Positions 11,640 to 23,427 of a stretch of 64,000 bases of DNA are shown piece by piece (position 1 is the first letter of the stretch; every line of letters begins with the position of its first letter). The notes beneath the pieces were generated by a model, which did not search any database, had not been told where the DNA came from, and saw only the letters and a list, made by a program, of their open reading frames with translations. Origin of the DNA: Eledone cirrhosa (lineage: Eukaryota); the NCBI GenBank assembly GCA_964016885.1, contig OZ024755.1:37262001-37326000 (forward strand). The letters run 5' to 3'. The translations under genes and the position numbers were made by a program.

Positions 11640-12375
11640 AGTTCTCTAAGTTTCACAGTGACACATTGTGTCGTAAGGCATTGAATTACAGGTACACATT
11701 GAATTACAGGTACACATTGAATTACAGGTACAACTCATTTTTACAGCTGAGAAAACCGGAGAAACGGTTAAATAAAGTGTTGTTTTAAATTATGTCAGGT
11801 CACTCTCGAGTGCTACTGGTAGCATGGAACCCAGTATAACCTGTCGCATGGTCGGGTCGTCGGCGACTAAACGGGAAACCCCACCAAGTTTACTTGGTGA
11901 GGAGGGTGATTTGGGACACCCTGCAGGACAAAAAACAAAACCTGACAAAGGGCGGAAGAACTCATAAGAGTGAACGGCCATCTAAATAAAAAAAGAATCC
12001 TGCTAAATCAATGGGTGGCAGTGGTTCCAGCTGCACACATCGAAAGACTGGTGTAGTGGTTCTGAGAACAATATGGCTTTGCAGATGATCAATACAAATT
12101 GACAATGGAAAGGCGCTCCCGCTTGAGTTAGAAGAGAACTATTGACTCTTAGGAGAAGCAGCAACCCTGATTGTATTCAGCAACCGAAACAAATATGAAG
12201 TACACCAAATCCAATGCTCCTAGAGGCGGCCCTGGTTCTTCTTATTTGCGAGTGTAAACTCGGCCAGATTAGATTAGATTAGATTAGATTAGATTGAAGG
12301 ATACAACGAGCCACCAGGAATCGAACTCATGACCTTATGTTCATAAGCTGGTCACCCTAACCACTAAGCCTTGCG
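11640..12375 (-). mobile_element. tRNA-derived SINE (family 2), split by the 11790-12296 insertion
   Basis: Head (reverse complement of GGCTTAGTGGTTAG...GAGTTCGATTCC) at 12298-12372 and body at 11640-11788; homologous to 18737-18880. Confidence 0.7.
11790..12296 (+). mobile_element. Non-coding retroposon with (GATTA)n tail, longest copy
   Basis: Its 3' 300 bp recur at 18881-19162 and 31359-31642; all three end in GCCA(GATTA)n. Confidence 0.8.
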
Positions 12376-12709
12376 AATTACCTGGATTATGTAGATTTAT
12401 ACAGAGTTGGGTTCCCGCCGATACCCATTAATTAAGTGTCCCAAAAATTGATTTCCATTTTTATTTTTCAAGAACAACATGTTATCATTATCTAACATGA
12501 TTATCTCTTTTGTAAACAATATTCTCTAATGTCTCTCGATTGATTTATTGACCCCAGAACAAATCAATCAAAATGTATTAATATAAATATCTTTAAAATG
12601 TTCTCTCATGCAGTTACTGAAAGACATAACTTGCCAGCCTGATAATCAATCAAACCTCTCTAGTAAATGTTTAATACCTCTAAATCTATGGCCGGGTGCC
12701 CTATATTCA

Positions 12710-14555
12710 AGACTGTTATAGTTTGCTATTGTTACATCACCACATGTAGGAGACTGTTATAGTATGGTATTGTTACATCACCACATGTAGGAGACTGTTA
12801 TAGTATGGTATTGTTACATCATCTCACCACATGTTGGAGACTGTTATAGTATGGTATTGGTACATCACCACATGTAGGAGACTGTTATAGTATGGTATTG
12901 TTACATCATCTCACCACATGTTGGAGACTGTTATAGTATGGTATTGGTACATCAACACATGTAGGAGACTGTTACAGTATGGTATTGTTACATCACCACA
13001 TGTAGGAGACTGTTATATTATGGTATTGTTACATCACCACATGTAGGAGACTGTTATAGTATGGTATTGTTACATCATCTCACCACATGTAGGAGACTGT
13101 TATAGTATGGTATTGTTACATCATCTCACCACATGTAGGAGACTGTTATAGTATGGTATTGTTACATCACCACATGTAGGAGACTGTTATAGTTTGGTAT
13201 TGTTACATCACCACATGTAGGAGACTGTTATAGTATGGTATTGTTACATCATCTCACCACATGTAGGAGACTGTTATAGTATGGTATTGTTACATCATCT
13301 CACCACATGTAGGAGACTGTTATAGTATGGTATTGTTACATCATCTCACCACATGTAGGAGACTGTTATAGTATGGTATTGTTACATCATCTCACCACAT
13401 GTAGGAGACTGTTACAGTATGGTATTGTTACATCACCACATGTAGGAGACTGTTATAGTTTGGTATTGTTACATCACCACATGTAGGAGACTGTTATAGT
13501 ATGGTATTGTTACATCATCTCACCACATGTAGGAGACTGTTATAGTATGGTATTGTTACATCATCTCACCACATGTAGGAGACTGTTATAGTATGGTATT
13601 GTTACATCATCTCACCACATGTAGGAGACTGTTATAGTATGGTATTGTTACATCATCTCACCACATGTAGGAGACTGTTATAATATGGTATTGTTACATC
13701 ATCTCACCACATGTTGGAGACTGTTACAGTATGGTATTGTTACGTCATCTCACCACATGTTAGAGACTGTTATAGTACGGTATTATTATATCACCAGGGG
13801 CGGTGGATTGGCAGTATCGGTAGAAGGTCGGACGCCATGCTTTACAGCAAAGAGTTACGGCCCTTTATGATCCGAGTTCAAATCCCGCCGAGGTTAACTT
13901 TGCCTTTCATCCCTACGGGGTCGATAAAATAAAGTACCAGTAATGCACTGGGATAATTGCTGGCCTTGTGCTAAAAGTAGAAACAATTATATCACCACAT
14001 GTTGGAGACTGTTATAGTTTGGTGTACTTACATCACCACATGTTAGAGACTGTTACAGTATGGTATTGTTATATCACCACATGTTGGAGACTGTTATAGT
14101 ATGGTATACTTACATCACCACATGTTAGAGACTGTTACAGTATGGTATTGTTATATCACCACATGTTGGAGACTGTTATAGTATGGTATACTTACATCAC
14201 CACACGTTAGAGACTGATACAGTATGGTATACTTACATCACCACATGTTAGAGACTGTTATAGTATGGTATTGTTATATCACCACATGTTGGAGACTGTT
14301 ATAGTATGGTATACTTACATCACCACATGTTAGAGACTGTTATAGTATGGTATTGTTGCATCATCTCACCACATGTTAGAGACTGTTATGTATGGTATTC
14401 TTACATCATCTCATCACATGTTAGAGAGTGATATAGTGTGGTATACTTACATCATCTCATCACATGTTAGAGAGTGATATAGTGTGGTATACTTACATCA
14501 TCTCATCACATGTTAGAGAGTGATATAGTGTGGTATACTTACACCATCTCACCAA
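12710..14555. repeat. 40/45-bp minisatellite GGAGACTGTTATAGTATGGTATTGTTACATCA(TCTCA)CCACATGTA
   Basis: About 40 head-to-tail units with no unique spacers; interrupted by a SINE at 13797-13985. Confidence 0.97.
13797..13985 (+). mobile_element. tRNA-derived SINE (family 1) with 12-bp TSD
   Basis: A box TGGCAGTATCGG, B box GAGTTCAAATCC, central GCCTTTCATCC...GGGGTCGATAAAATAAAGTACCAG; TSD ATTATATCACCA at 13785-13796 and 13986-13997. Confidence 0.92.
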
Positions 14556-16984
14556 ATGTGCCTCTACTGTCAATATATTTTTAGATTTACGATCTTACCT
14601 GGAATAACTGTTACTAAACAGACAAGTTATTGTCTCATTTACCTCAGACTTAAAAGTAAAATAGCGACTACACCTCGTCCATGTGCTACAAAATGCCAAC
14701 AAAAATTATATAGGTTTCTTTTTAAAGAGCTGTGTAGGGCAAAAGGTTGTATTGGAGAAACCTGAATAAGTTCGAATCGGCGTCTCGACCTGCTGCAAAT
14801 AGTAGATTACCTGTAATTTACGTGTTAAAGATGTTCTCGAGTATTTGAGTTTGTATTAATATCCTAACAGTATTTACTTGACGAGAACAACATGCATGTT
14901 GTTGTAGTTAAGAAAATTAACCGAAAGAAATTGTTTCGTACTTTGCTTTCTGATATCTCTTCGTTTGTTTTTATTAAAGAATCGTTTATTATTTGCTTTT
15001 ATGTATTTACTTTGTTTTTGTAATATCATCCAATAAACTACAAAATGCAATTTCATCCTGAACTGAGAGATAAGATAAAAGATAAAAGAAGAAACAGGTA
15101 TATAAGTAGAGTATGATATTATCTGTTGTATGACGACATTCACCAGTAACTACATTAAACGTTCAACGATAAACGGAATGTTTCGAGAAAATACATTGAA
15201 GTGAAGCTATTTAGGGAATTGTTGCGTTAGTCAATTTCGGCGGATTAACTCAAAAAGTAAAAGGAAACATAGGTGTAATGCAAACACTGCAAGTATATCA
15301 GTAAATAAGGTAAGAGTATTTTTGAAATGTTCGTTATCATTTGATAACTTATGCATCTTATGCTTAACAGCAGCTTTGAGCAAGTTGTATGTTTTCAATT
15401 TGGTGTTCGGTTAAACTAGAATATTTAATAACACTGCAATAAAAGTTAACTTAGGCTTCCTTAGGCTAAGATTCGATGTCAATTTGTTTGAGTCTATAGA
15501 GTTTCATGTTGATATACAAGGAATGTTGATGCGATATTAGTTTTCAATTTTCCGGTAGTTACTTTTAATTGTATAATGTCTCAGAGTAAAGGACATAATA
15601 ATAGAAATCAAGTTATTAGGAATCTTTCATATCAGTATATTCCATGTCTTTTTTCGTAACAATCCAAATCTCTAGTTTTGCCAGCCTAATTATTCGCTAT
15701 TTCATGAAAGGAAGAATTTCTTACACTGGTTATCTCACCGGAAATATTGGTGACTAGTGAGCCAACAGCTATAAATACCCAACTGCATTCTCTAACATCG
15801 ATTTATATGCTATAAACGAGTAAATTGTTTTTATATCTGTTGTGAACTAATAAGATGTTAGGGCTTCACATTATACACATAATCAATTTGTTTTTATCTG
15901 ATGTCCAAGAAGATAAAACTTTCCACTGAAGACGTTGATATTTGGTTTCCAACAGTGAATGTTTCATAAGTAATTATTTCAGCCTTCAGAAAAGTAAATG
16001 AGAGAAGACCAAATATAATTGCTAAATGACTGACTAGAAACCCTTGAAAAGAAATACGTATATTGCATTATTTATCTTTATATCCCACAATATCCACAAA
16101 TACAAACTAAATGTTAAATAATCGACTAAATCTACAATACTACAAGTTTGTCTTTATTACGAAAAGTAAATATCTAGTATACAAATGTATCCCACTTTGT
16201 CTCTATGTGTGTGTATGTGATTATGAGTATACACATGAAATCGTCGGAACAATACAGATAACTACAGTAATAGCTGATAACTATAAAGAGAGGAGTCGAT
16301 CGACTTTCGTCAATTTAAGTATCAGCCGTACTAAGAATGAGAAATGAAATTTCATTTCATTGTTTTCCATTTCTCGTTTTCGGTACGCCAGGCCGACTAA
16401 CTCACTCGATATGCAAATTAGGCTGCTCGGCCGTTAATATGCATAAGGAAAGTATATACTTTCAAATGTTCAATCATCTGACAGGAAGGTATACGATGCT
16501 GACGATAGCTAATAAGCTTGAAACTAGTTCATCGTTCATTTGTCATTGTTGAACAAAAGGGCGTCGATGGTCACCGAACACTGTACGGCTTAATTCGGGC
16601 TGTTTGTTTACAAACAAACCGAACATTATAATAAATGTTCGGTAAACCCATACGTACATATATATATATGTGCATGTATGTATATATATATATATACTAC
16701 TGTACGTCTGTATACATATATGTATGTACGTATACATCCTTACACACATATAACCTGAGTTGAGTCAATCGATAATAACTTTCCTTACAAAAGTAACGGA
16801 AGGTTGCGGTGACTATGATTGTAGAATGCGTTGAAGCAGACGAGTGTAAGTGCCATCAATGAGCTTTTGTTGTTTGGGGTGAAAGCGTCCATGTTTCACT
16901 TCCATATAGCAAGATTGGTTAAATTGTTACTTGGAAGAGTCTGGTCTTGGTGTGGTTGGAAATATTTGCGCACCAAACACGTTC

Positions 16985-17380
16985 CTTTGAAAGAGATATA
17001 TGCCGGCGTCCCACGCATATCTGTCGTTGTACGTAACAGGAGAGTAAGATTTGCTGGCCACTGCCACTGTGCCATCTACGAGGCTGTGTCCCTATTAGCG
17101 CATTGGAAACCACAAGCAGTTACTAGTAAGAGGGTGCGCAAGCTCTCCTACCCCGATTTGCTGGCCACTGCCATCGTTCCAACTATGAGGTTGTGTCCTC
17201 ATTAGTGCTTTGGAAACCACAAGCAGTCACTAATAACAGGGGCACAAGCTCGCCTATCCCGATGTCATCTCCAGAGATTCTGGTATTGAAATCCAGGACT
17301 TGGCAACGACAATGAACGACAGACTTACGTGGAGATCAATTGTTGAGTCCATTTCAGGTGAGGCCGTCGGTTGATGATTG
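16985..17380 (+). mobile_element. RTE LINE 3' fragment (same family as 10213) with two of the ~107-bp units
   Basis: EIYAGVPRISVVVRNRRVRFAGHCH; same 3' end and GAT tail. Confidence 0.88.
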
Positions 17381-18625
17381 TAGAACAAAGATGGGAGACC
17401 AAATGTAAAGAAGGTCGAATTTCCTTTTTCCTGTTTGGAAGAGTTAGTCTATTTGTTTTGTTTCTTTTTTAATTGAAATTTGTTGTATTAAATTACTGTG
17501 TTGTTTATATATTCCCATGTTTATCCAATCTTTATTCACTTACATACAATTTTAATAGTAGGAATTACAACAAGAGACTGTCATTCATATCTCAGTCACA
17601 GCTAGGAATAGAAAATAACTTATCTCTGTATCATAAATCACAGACAAACATGGCTGATGTGTCGAATAGTATATCCCCTCGACTCTCATCATAATTGTGA
17701 AGAAATCAAACAGAAGCGATAAATTGTTAAATATTCAGATAACGATTTCAAAAACTATTTTCCTCAATTGAAAATGGTATTTAGTGACATTAAAATAAGC
17801 TCATGATTATATATGAAAATCTGCTTTGTTAATAAACAACACCTTCAAACTGCGATTAAGAGACATCCAACAATTTATCACGAAAAAGACATATCAAAAA
17901 TGAATATTATTTAAACATTTTCTGTTAGTATTTCTTTCCCTGTTCATATTATATTTATGTATTGCGTATGTATTTGCACATATGTTCTTATTTTGGTTAA
18001 AGTAAAAAATATACCGGGACCTGGTTTCTTCCCAGCAAGCGATATTATGAATTTCTTAAATAAATGTACACAGTGATAAGAAAATCCATGATCATTTATA
18101 GCCTTCACTATGCCGAAGGCAATTTTGCCGAGGGAAAATAACCGACAACTTAAAATAGATTTAATACCAATTCGTTTGCTTCCATAAAAGTTCAATATGG
18201 TTTTGTTGTATTTTGTTGTGAGGTGCTGGTTTATAACTGAGTTTTTTAAACAGATATTTAACATACTATTTTCTTCTTCAATGCCTATAGTTAACAACCT
18301 ATTCATTGTTATTTTTAATGTTGGATATCATTTTTGAAAATCTAAACAATATTTAAGATGAAAAAAGATATGTTATATAGTTTTTCCTAGAAATATATCG
18401 GAGAATAATTGATACTAAATGAAGAATATAGTTTTATAGAAATATTTCACAAGCCAAAAATAATGAATGTGAATGAAATGTAGTGTAACACCTATCCATT
18501 GTCAATCACAATATTCCTATAATTAAAGTAAAATCGAGAAATATGTCTTCCCTTATAACTGCCTACTTTGATGAAATTCTATTTTTCTCACTGACGATAT
18601 TATATATATATATATATATATATAT

Positions 18626-18691
<66 letters not shown>

Positions 18692-18736
18692 CACGCGCAC
18701 ACACACACATATATATTTATAGACATTTATGTGAAG

Positions 18737-18880
18737 GCGCATGGCTTAGTGGTTAGAACATTGGGCTTGTAATCGAAAGGTTGTGAGTTCGAATATCGGA
18801 CTGGTGGTGTGTTGTGTCCTTGAGCAAAACATTTTATTTCACATTGCTCCAGTTTACTCAGCTGTAGAAATAAGTTGCGA
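18737..18880 (+). mobile_element. tRNA-derived SINE (family 2, CORE-like body)
   Basis: TGGCTTAGTGGTTAG A box, GAGTTCGAAT B box, GTGTCCTTGAGCAAAACA body; another copy at about 53420-53550. Confidence 0.8.
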
Positions 18881-19162
18881 TCCTGCCAAATCAATGGGTG
18901 GCAGTAGTTCCAGCTGCACACATCAAAAGACTGGTGTAGTGGTTCTGAGAACAATGTGGCTTTGCAGATGATCAATGCAAATTGACAATGGAAAGGTGCT
19001 CCCGCTTGAGTTAGAAGAGAACTATTGACCTTCAGGAGAAGCAGTGACCCCTGATTGTATTCAGCAACCGAATCCAATATGAAGTACACCAAATCCAATG
19101 CTACTAGGGGCGGCCCTGGTTCTTCTTATTTGCGAGTGTAAACTCCGCCAGATTAGATTAGA
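18881..19162 (+). mobile_element. (GATTA)n-tailed retroposon copy
   Basis: Homologous to 11998-12296 and 31359-31642. Confidence 0.85.
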
Positions 19163-19240
19163 TATGTATGTGTGTGTGTGTGTGTGTATTCATACACAAT
19201 GTTTTATACACACACACACACACACACATTTTGTCGCATC

Positions 19241-19333
19241 ACCAGTCTGAGGAGCAAATAGATACTGGAGTCGGGTCCATAACCCCCTATTGGTCACCTT
19301 GAGTCAATCCTTTGCGAAACGCGCGTAAAAGGT
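19241..19333 (+). ncRNA. Hammerhead motif with extended stem II (stem I partly decayed)
   Basis: CTGAGGA-GCAAA[insert]TTTGC-GAAA-CGCGCG-TA, with the palindromic stem III typical of Penelope-type hammerheads. Confidence 0.65.
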
Positions 19334-19375
19334 CGAAACGCGATAAATATTTTTCATATGTAAATGAAACTTCCT

Positions 19376-19418
<43 letters not shown>

Positions 19419-19421
<3 letters not shown>

Positions 19422-19483
19422 ATGAAGGACTAGCGTCCGAAACGGTCCGAAACGTTAAAACCCTCTTCCTGTTATATTTAGCG

Positions 19484-19485
<2 letters not shown>
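19419..19485 (+). mobile_element. Degenerate copy of hammerhead family A between (TA)n tracts
   Basis: TGATGAAGGACTAGCGTCCGAAAC(GGTCCGAAAC)GTTA; matches 42834-42869 with a 10-nt duplication. Confidence 0.75.
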
Positions 19486-19502
<17 letters not shown>

Positions 19503-19517
<15 letters not shown>

Positions 19518-19685
19518 TTCTACAGGACTAGAACTGTTTCATTCTTGAGGAAACATCAGGAAGATTCCTGATGATTTCTCAAGAATGAAACAGTAGAATC
19601 TCATCTACATTAAAACTGTTATACTCTGCTATGTATTGAGTACCTTACTGTGGTTACCTCCGATTCAACCCGCCGGAATAGCTTA

Positions 19686-19688
<3 letters not shown>
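19503..19688. mobile_element. Penelope-like pLTR with inverted 5' duplication (hammerhead family B, head-to-head pair)
   Basis: Plus copy GATTC-CTGATGA-TTTCTCAAGAAT-GAAA-CAG[deleted]TA-GAATC from 19563; minus copy 19506-19562 keeps stem III; the tail is homologous to 28245-28325; TA tracts on both flanks. Confidence 0.8.
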
Positions 19689-19726
<38 letters not shown>

Positions 19727-19878
19727 CCAGGGGTGTAACTAGGAGTTACTGCAGGTTCACCCGGGAGATCACTCGATATTTAGGGTCACTTCTGTGATGA
19801 TGTGTAGAGCTATACAGAGTGTAATATATTGAAAGGATAACAAGGACGATTGATTACTCCTTCATTGCATTTATTGAT

Positions 19879-19965
19879 AGGTGACGCGCGTTTCGCCACT
19901 GATCAGCTCAAGGTTCGATCTGTATCAATCCTACCCGACTCAATAATCGGCGGCTCAACGGACCC
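19879..19965 (-). ncRNA. Hammerhead-like motif with variant core CCGTTGA and extended stem II
   Basis: Minus strand: GGGT-CCGTTGA-GCCGC[insert]GTGGC-GAAA-CGCGCG-TC-ACCT, then AATAAA; lies downstream of the GIY-YIG relic on the same strand. Confidence 0.6.
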
Positions 19966-21878
19966 TCTTAAAATGCTATAAGAAAATGAAATACATGCTA
20001 TGTGGTAAAGTCATAGTTTCAAGAGTTTGACAAAATGAGTTGTTTTGATTGGTGGGAAGGATGAAGGGGATGTACTGGCCTGTAGTGTATATGGGGGGTG
20101 GATGTGATGGTGAGATGTTGGTGATGGTCGGTGGATGAGATGGGCTGTGGTGTGGTGGTGGTGGGTTGGCCTTGGCCTGTAGAGTATGTGGGGGTGGATG
20201 TGATGATATGATGGTGGTAATGGTCGCTTACTGGGATGGGCTGTGGTATGAGGTTAGTGGGTTGTCAGTAGACGGGTTGGCGTGTGTGGGAGTGTGGTTG
20301 TGGTGTTGTTGTTTATGGTAGTGGCGTTTGTGGTGGTGTGGTGGATGTGTTGATGGTGTCGAGTCCTTACGGAGATACATAGCTAGACGCTCTTCGTCTG
20401 ACAAATACTTTGTATATATGTATACACACACACACATGTATATATGCGCACATATATTGATGTATAAACACACACAAAACACATACGCACACCCTCGCCC
20501 ACACATATCGACACACGCGCATACACAGACATATGTATATATACATACATGTATGTGCATGCGCGCATGCGGACACAAATATGGAGAGTGGGGGAGTATC
20601 GGTGGGGGTGGCGAAGGACAAAGATGGAGGGAAGGTGAGAGGCAATGGAGAAGGTGTTATACATATATACATACACATACATACACTCATACACACAGAC
20701 GGATATGGGCACAAGGTGAGAGGCAATGGAGGTGTTATACATATATACATACATACACTCATACACACATACGGATATGGGCACATACACGCGCACACAC
20801 GTATACACACACATATATATATACACACGTATACACACACATATATATATACACACACAGACACACACACACATACACATACATGCACATGTACGCGTGC
20901 ACATACACATACACACAGATTCACCTATATAGATATATATGTAGACATACATATATATATATATAAATATGCGTACACGCACGCATATTTATACGCACGT
21001 ATATGTAAAAAATACTTACACACAGACACACACACTTGCGTTGGTTCGGGAGTGGTGGTATGCGTTGGCGGTGTTGATGAAGTATGGAGTTGTGTTGTGT
21101 CTTGTGGTGGTGGTGGTGGAGTTGTGAGCGACAAAAATATACAGAATCGAATAGTGCGATGGGTTACAGGTTAAAAGGTGACAAAGGGAAACTCGGGAGA
21201 GAAGAGTTTCTGGACGTATGGCGATGTGTGTTGTGGTCATGGTGGTGGTGGTGGTGGTGCTGGGGTGATATGTTCGACAAGATGATTACATGATCAGAAG
21301 TTACGGTGTGTTACAGGGTAAGGCAGACGGAGGTGGGGGGGGGGGATATAATACAGTCGATCTGGGAGTGAGGGATGATATGTGTTGATGATGTTAATGA
21401 TGTTAATGATTGTTGAAGTATGTGGATGTATCTAGTGGTGGCGGTTGTTGTGTGTGCGCGCGACAGTACATTTACAGGGTCGAATTTAGCGTGGGGTTGT
21501 AGGTTAGGGTAGATAGAGGGAACATGGGGGGGGGGAATAAGGTTGCGGGTGTGTATGGTAGACATATGACGATATGTGGTGTGGTGGTGGTGGCAATGGT
21601 GTGATATGATCGACATTGTATTTACAAGATCCCGTGTTACTATGGATTGTAAGGTAAAACCTATCATAGGAGACCGATCGAACACAATGTTGCAAGGATG
21701 AGGGGTGTATGGTGATGTGATTTTTGGTGGGGGTGATGTATGCGGCATGATATACAAAATACGGGCTTACAGATGGTTACATGCAGTACAATAAAATAAG
21801 ATAAAGTAAAATAAAATTAATAATATTAATAAATTCGTTGAGATGGGCGATGGTGATACGGGGCAGAGGTGGTTATTA

Positions 21879-22313
21879 TTATGGTGGGTCATGGTTAGTG
21901 CATGGCCTTCCCCCGAATGTTTGTGCGGAAAAGGTGTTCAGCCTGGTGTGTCTGCAATTGACAATTATGTCCGACCTATAGTTTATGGAGGATTTTAATT
22001 TAATTATTTCCTCCGCCTCAGCCAGGCATAATCTGCAGTGGTTTCTGTCACTGGGGATTTGCGCCACGCGTCTTTTCACTGACCACGAAATCTGGGGCTC
22101 AATATTCCTGTCCTTGAGGTCCCAGATCAAGTCGGCCAGTCTGGTTTGGGGTGGTTTCAGTCTATGTTTGAATGAGCTTCTGTGGTTATACCAGCGCTCC
22201 TTAAACGTAATGGATGTCGCACCTATCTATGAGTACTCCTTATTGCCGGCTGTGACATCACACCGGTAAACAATATTCTTAACGAGGCACTCCCCGTTTA
22301 GTGGGCATTCGGC
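21879..22313 (-). pseudogene. Penelope-like element GIY-YIG endonuclease (C-terminal domain), 5'-truncated, one nonsense codon
   Basis: Manual translation AECPLNGECLVKNIVYRCDVTAGNKEYS*IGATSITFKERWYNHRSSF...LIWDLK...CRLCLAE...INYRSDIIVNCRH; TAG at 22229-22227 replaces the Y of YIG. Confidence 0.9.
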
Positions 22314-22330
22314 TCATATATATATATATA

Positions 22331-23000
22331 TATGAATAAATTTAGTCCTTCATCAGTGATCTTCCAACCTTCATCGGTATTTCATCGCTTTAAAGACGAT
22401 ATACCTCCGGTTGTTGCGAGCAACAGCTAAAGAAAGTCGTTGGGACACGTAAATAAGGGAACGAGCTAGACTGTAAACAATCAAAGATGGTAATACAACG
22501 AATAGTGAGGAAGAAGGAGTTAAGTCCCTGAAATCGATGAAAATAAGTTCTGTGAAATCGTGGACGAGAGAGAATAAAGACCATCAAATCTGGTCGAAAT
22601 GTGAACAAGGAAAGAATTTCGCACAGGTCAAACGGGAGGAAGAAGGAGTCAAGTCCCTGAAATCGGTGAACATAAGTTCTGTGAAATCGTAGACGAGAGA
22701 GAATAAAGAACAACCGACCTGGTCAAAGCGTGCGCGAGGAAAGAATTTCGCACAGGTCAAACGGGAGGAAGTAGGAGAGGGAGTAGCAGAGAGTGAGTGA
22801 GTAAAAGGCGAGGAAGGAGCTAACAGAGAGAGTAACTGTTAGAGGGGGTAAAGGGAAGTGAGAGATACAGAGAAAAGGGGAAGCAGTAAGAAAGAAACAG
22901 ACGGGTCGCAGCGGAGGAATATATATATGTGTGAATATGAAAACTAGCGTGCTGCGTGGTTGCATATGGGTTACATATGAATAAATTTAGTCCTTCATCA

Positions 23001-23005
<5 letters not shown>
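22331..23005. mobile_element. ~645-bp non-coding element with 30-bp terminal direct repeat, in (TA)n
   Basis: TATGAATAAATTTAGTCCTTCATCAGTGAT at 22331 and 22976; homologous copy at 51815-52457. Confidence 0.8.
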
Positions 23006-23051
<46 letters not shown>

Positions 23052-23052
<1 letters not shown>

Positions 23053-23320
23053 AGGTGAAATCGGAAATAGCACGGAAAATATATTTAAGGATCTGTTTTT
23101 CTTTTTCTTCCTTTCTTTGATTCGTCAAAGTGACATCATTGAAAAAATGAGGGGGACAATTCTTTTAAAAAAGAGTTTTATAATGTATGTAAAGTATATG
23201 AAGTATTACGGTTTTGATGTATTAGTAAAATCCATCTCATCAAATGTTGAGTATTACAATTAAAAAGAATGAAAAAAGAATTAAAAATTAAAGATTTAAA
23301 ATTAAGAGTTGAGGCAAGTT
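23052..23320. repeat. Unclassified interspersed repeat (inverted copy at about 43092-43360)
   Basis: GAATAGCACGGAAAATATATTT...GATTCGTCAAAGTGACAT... present in both places next to (TA)n(GA)n. Confidence 0.8.
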
Positions 23321-23396
23321 TGTTCATCTTTCTTGTTGAGAAGAAGACTGGACAAATGGAATCTTTTGTATATAGAGAGATGTAGTCATGGTAGCT

Positions 23397-23427
<31 letters not shown>

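Larger units (their letters stand above)
19727..22313 (-). mobile_element. Putative 5'-truncated Penelope-like element (EN, long CA-rich 3' region, hammerhead, TA tail)
   Basis: Co-oriented EN relic and hammerhead-like motif bounded by (TA)n tracts; continuity of the low-complexity middle is inferred. Confidence 0.55.

Noticed and set aside
13797-13890. Functional tRNA genes at SINE heads
   Set aside because: Only A and B boxes are retained; there is no cloverleaf, and each is followed by a SINE body in many copies.
12710-14555. CRISPR-like appearance of regular arrays (also 49270, 49643, 54893, 63690)
   Set aside because: Units are head-to-tail with no unique spacers, there are no cas genes, and the context is eukaryotic.
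19895-19955. Stem-II insert as a canonical SECIS element
   Set aside because: It has TGAG/TGAG strands but lacks the 11-12 bp helix II and apical AA in register, and the nearby EN relic has TAG rather than TGA. Kept only as an unknown motif.
22340-22390. Complete hammerhead in the terminal repeat of the 645-bp element
   Set aside because: CTGATGAAGGAC is present, but no correctly placed GTCC-GAAA or stem III was found in type I, II or III permutations.
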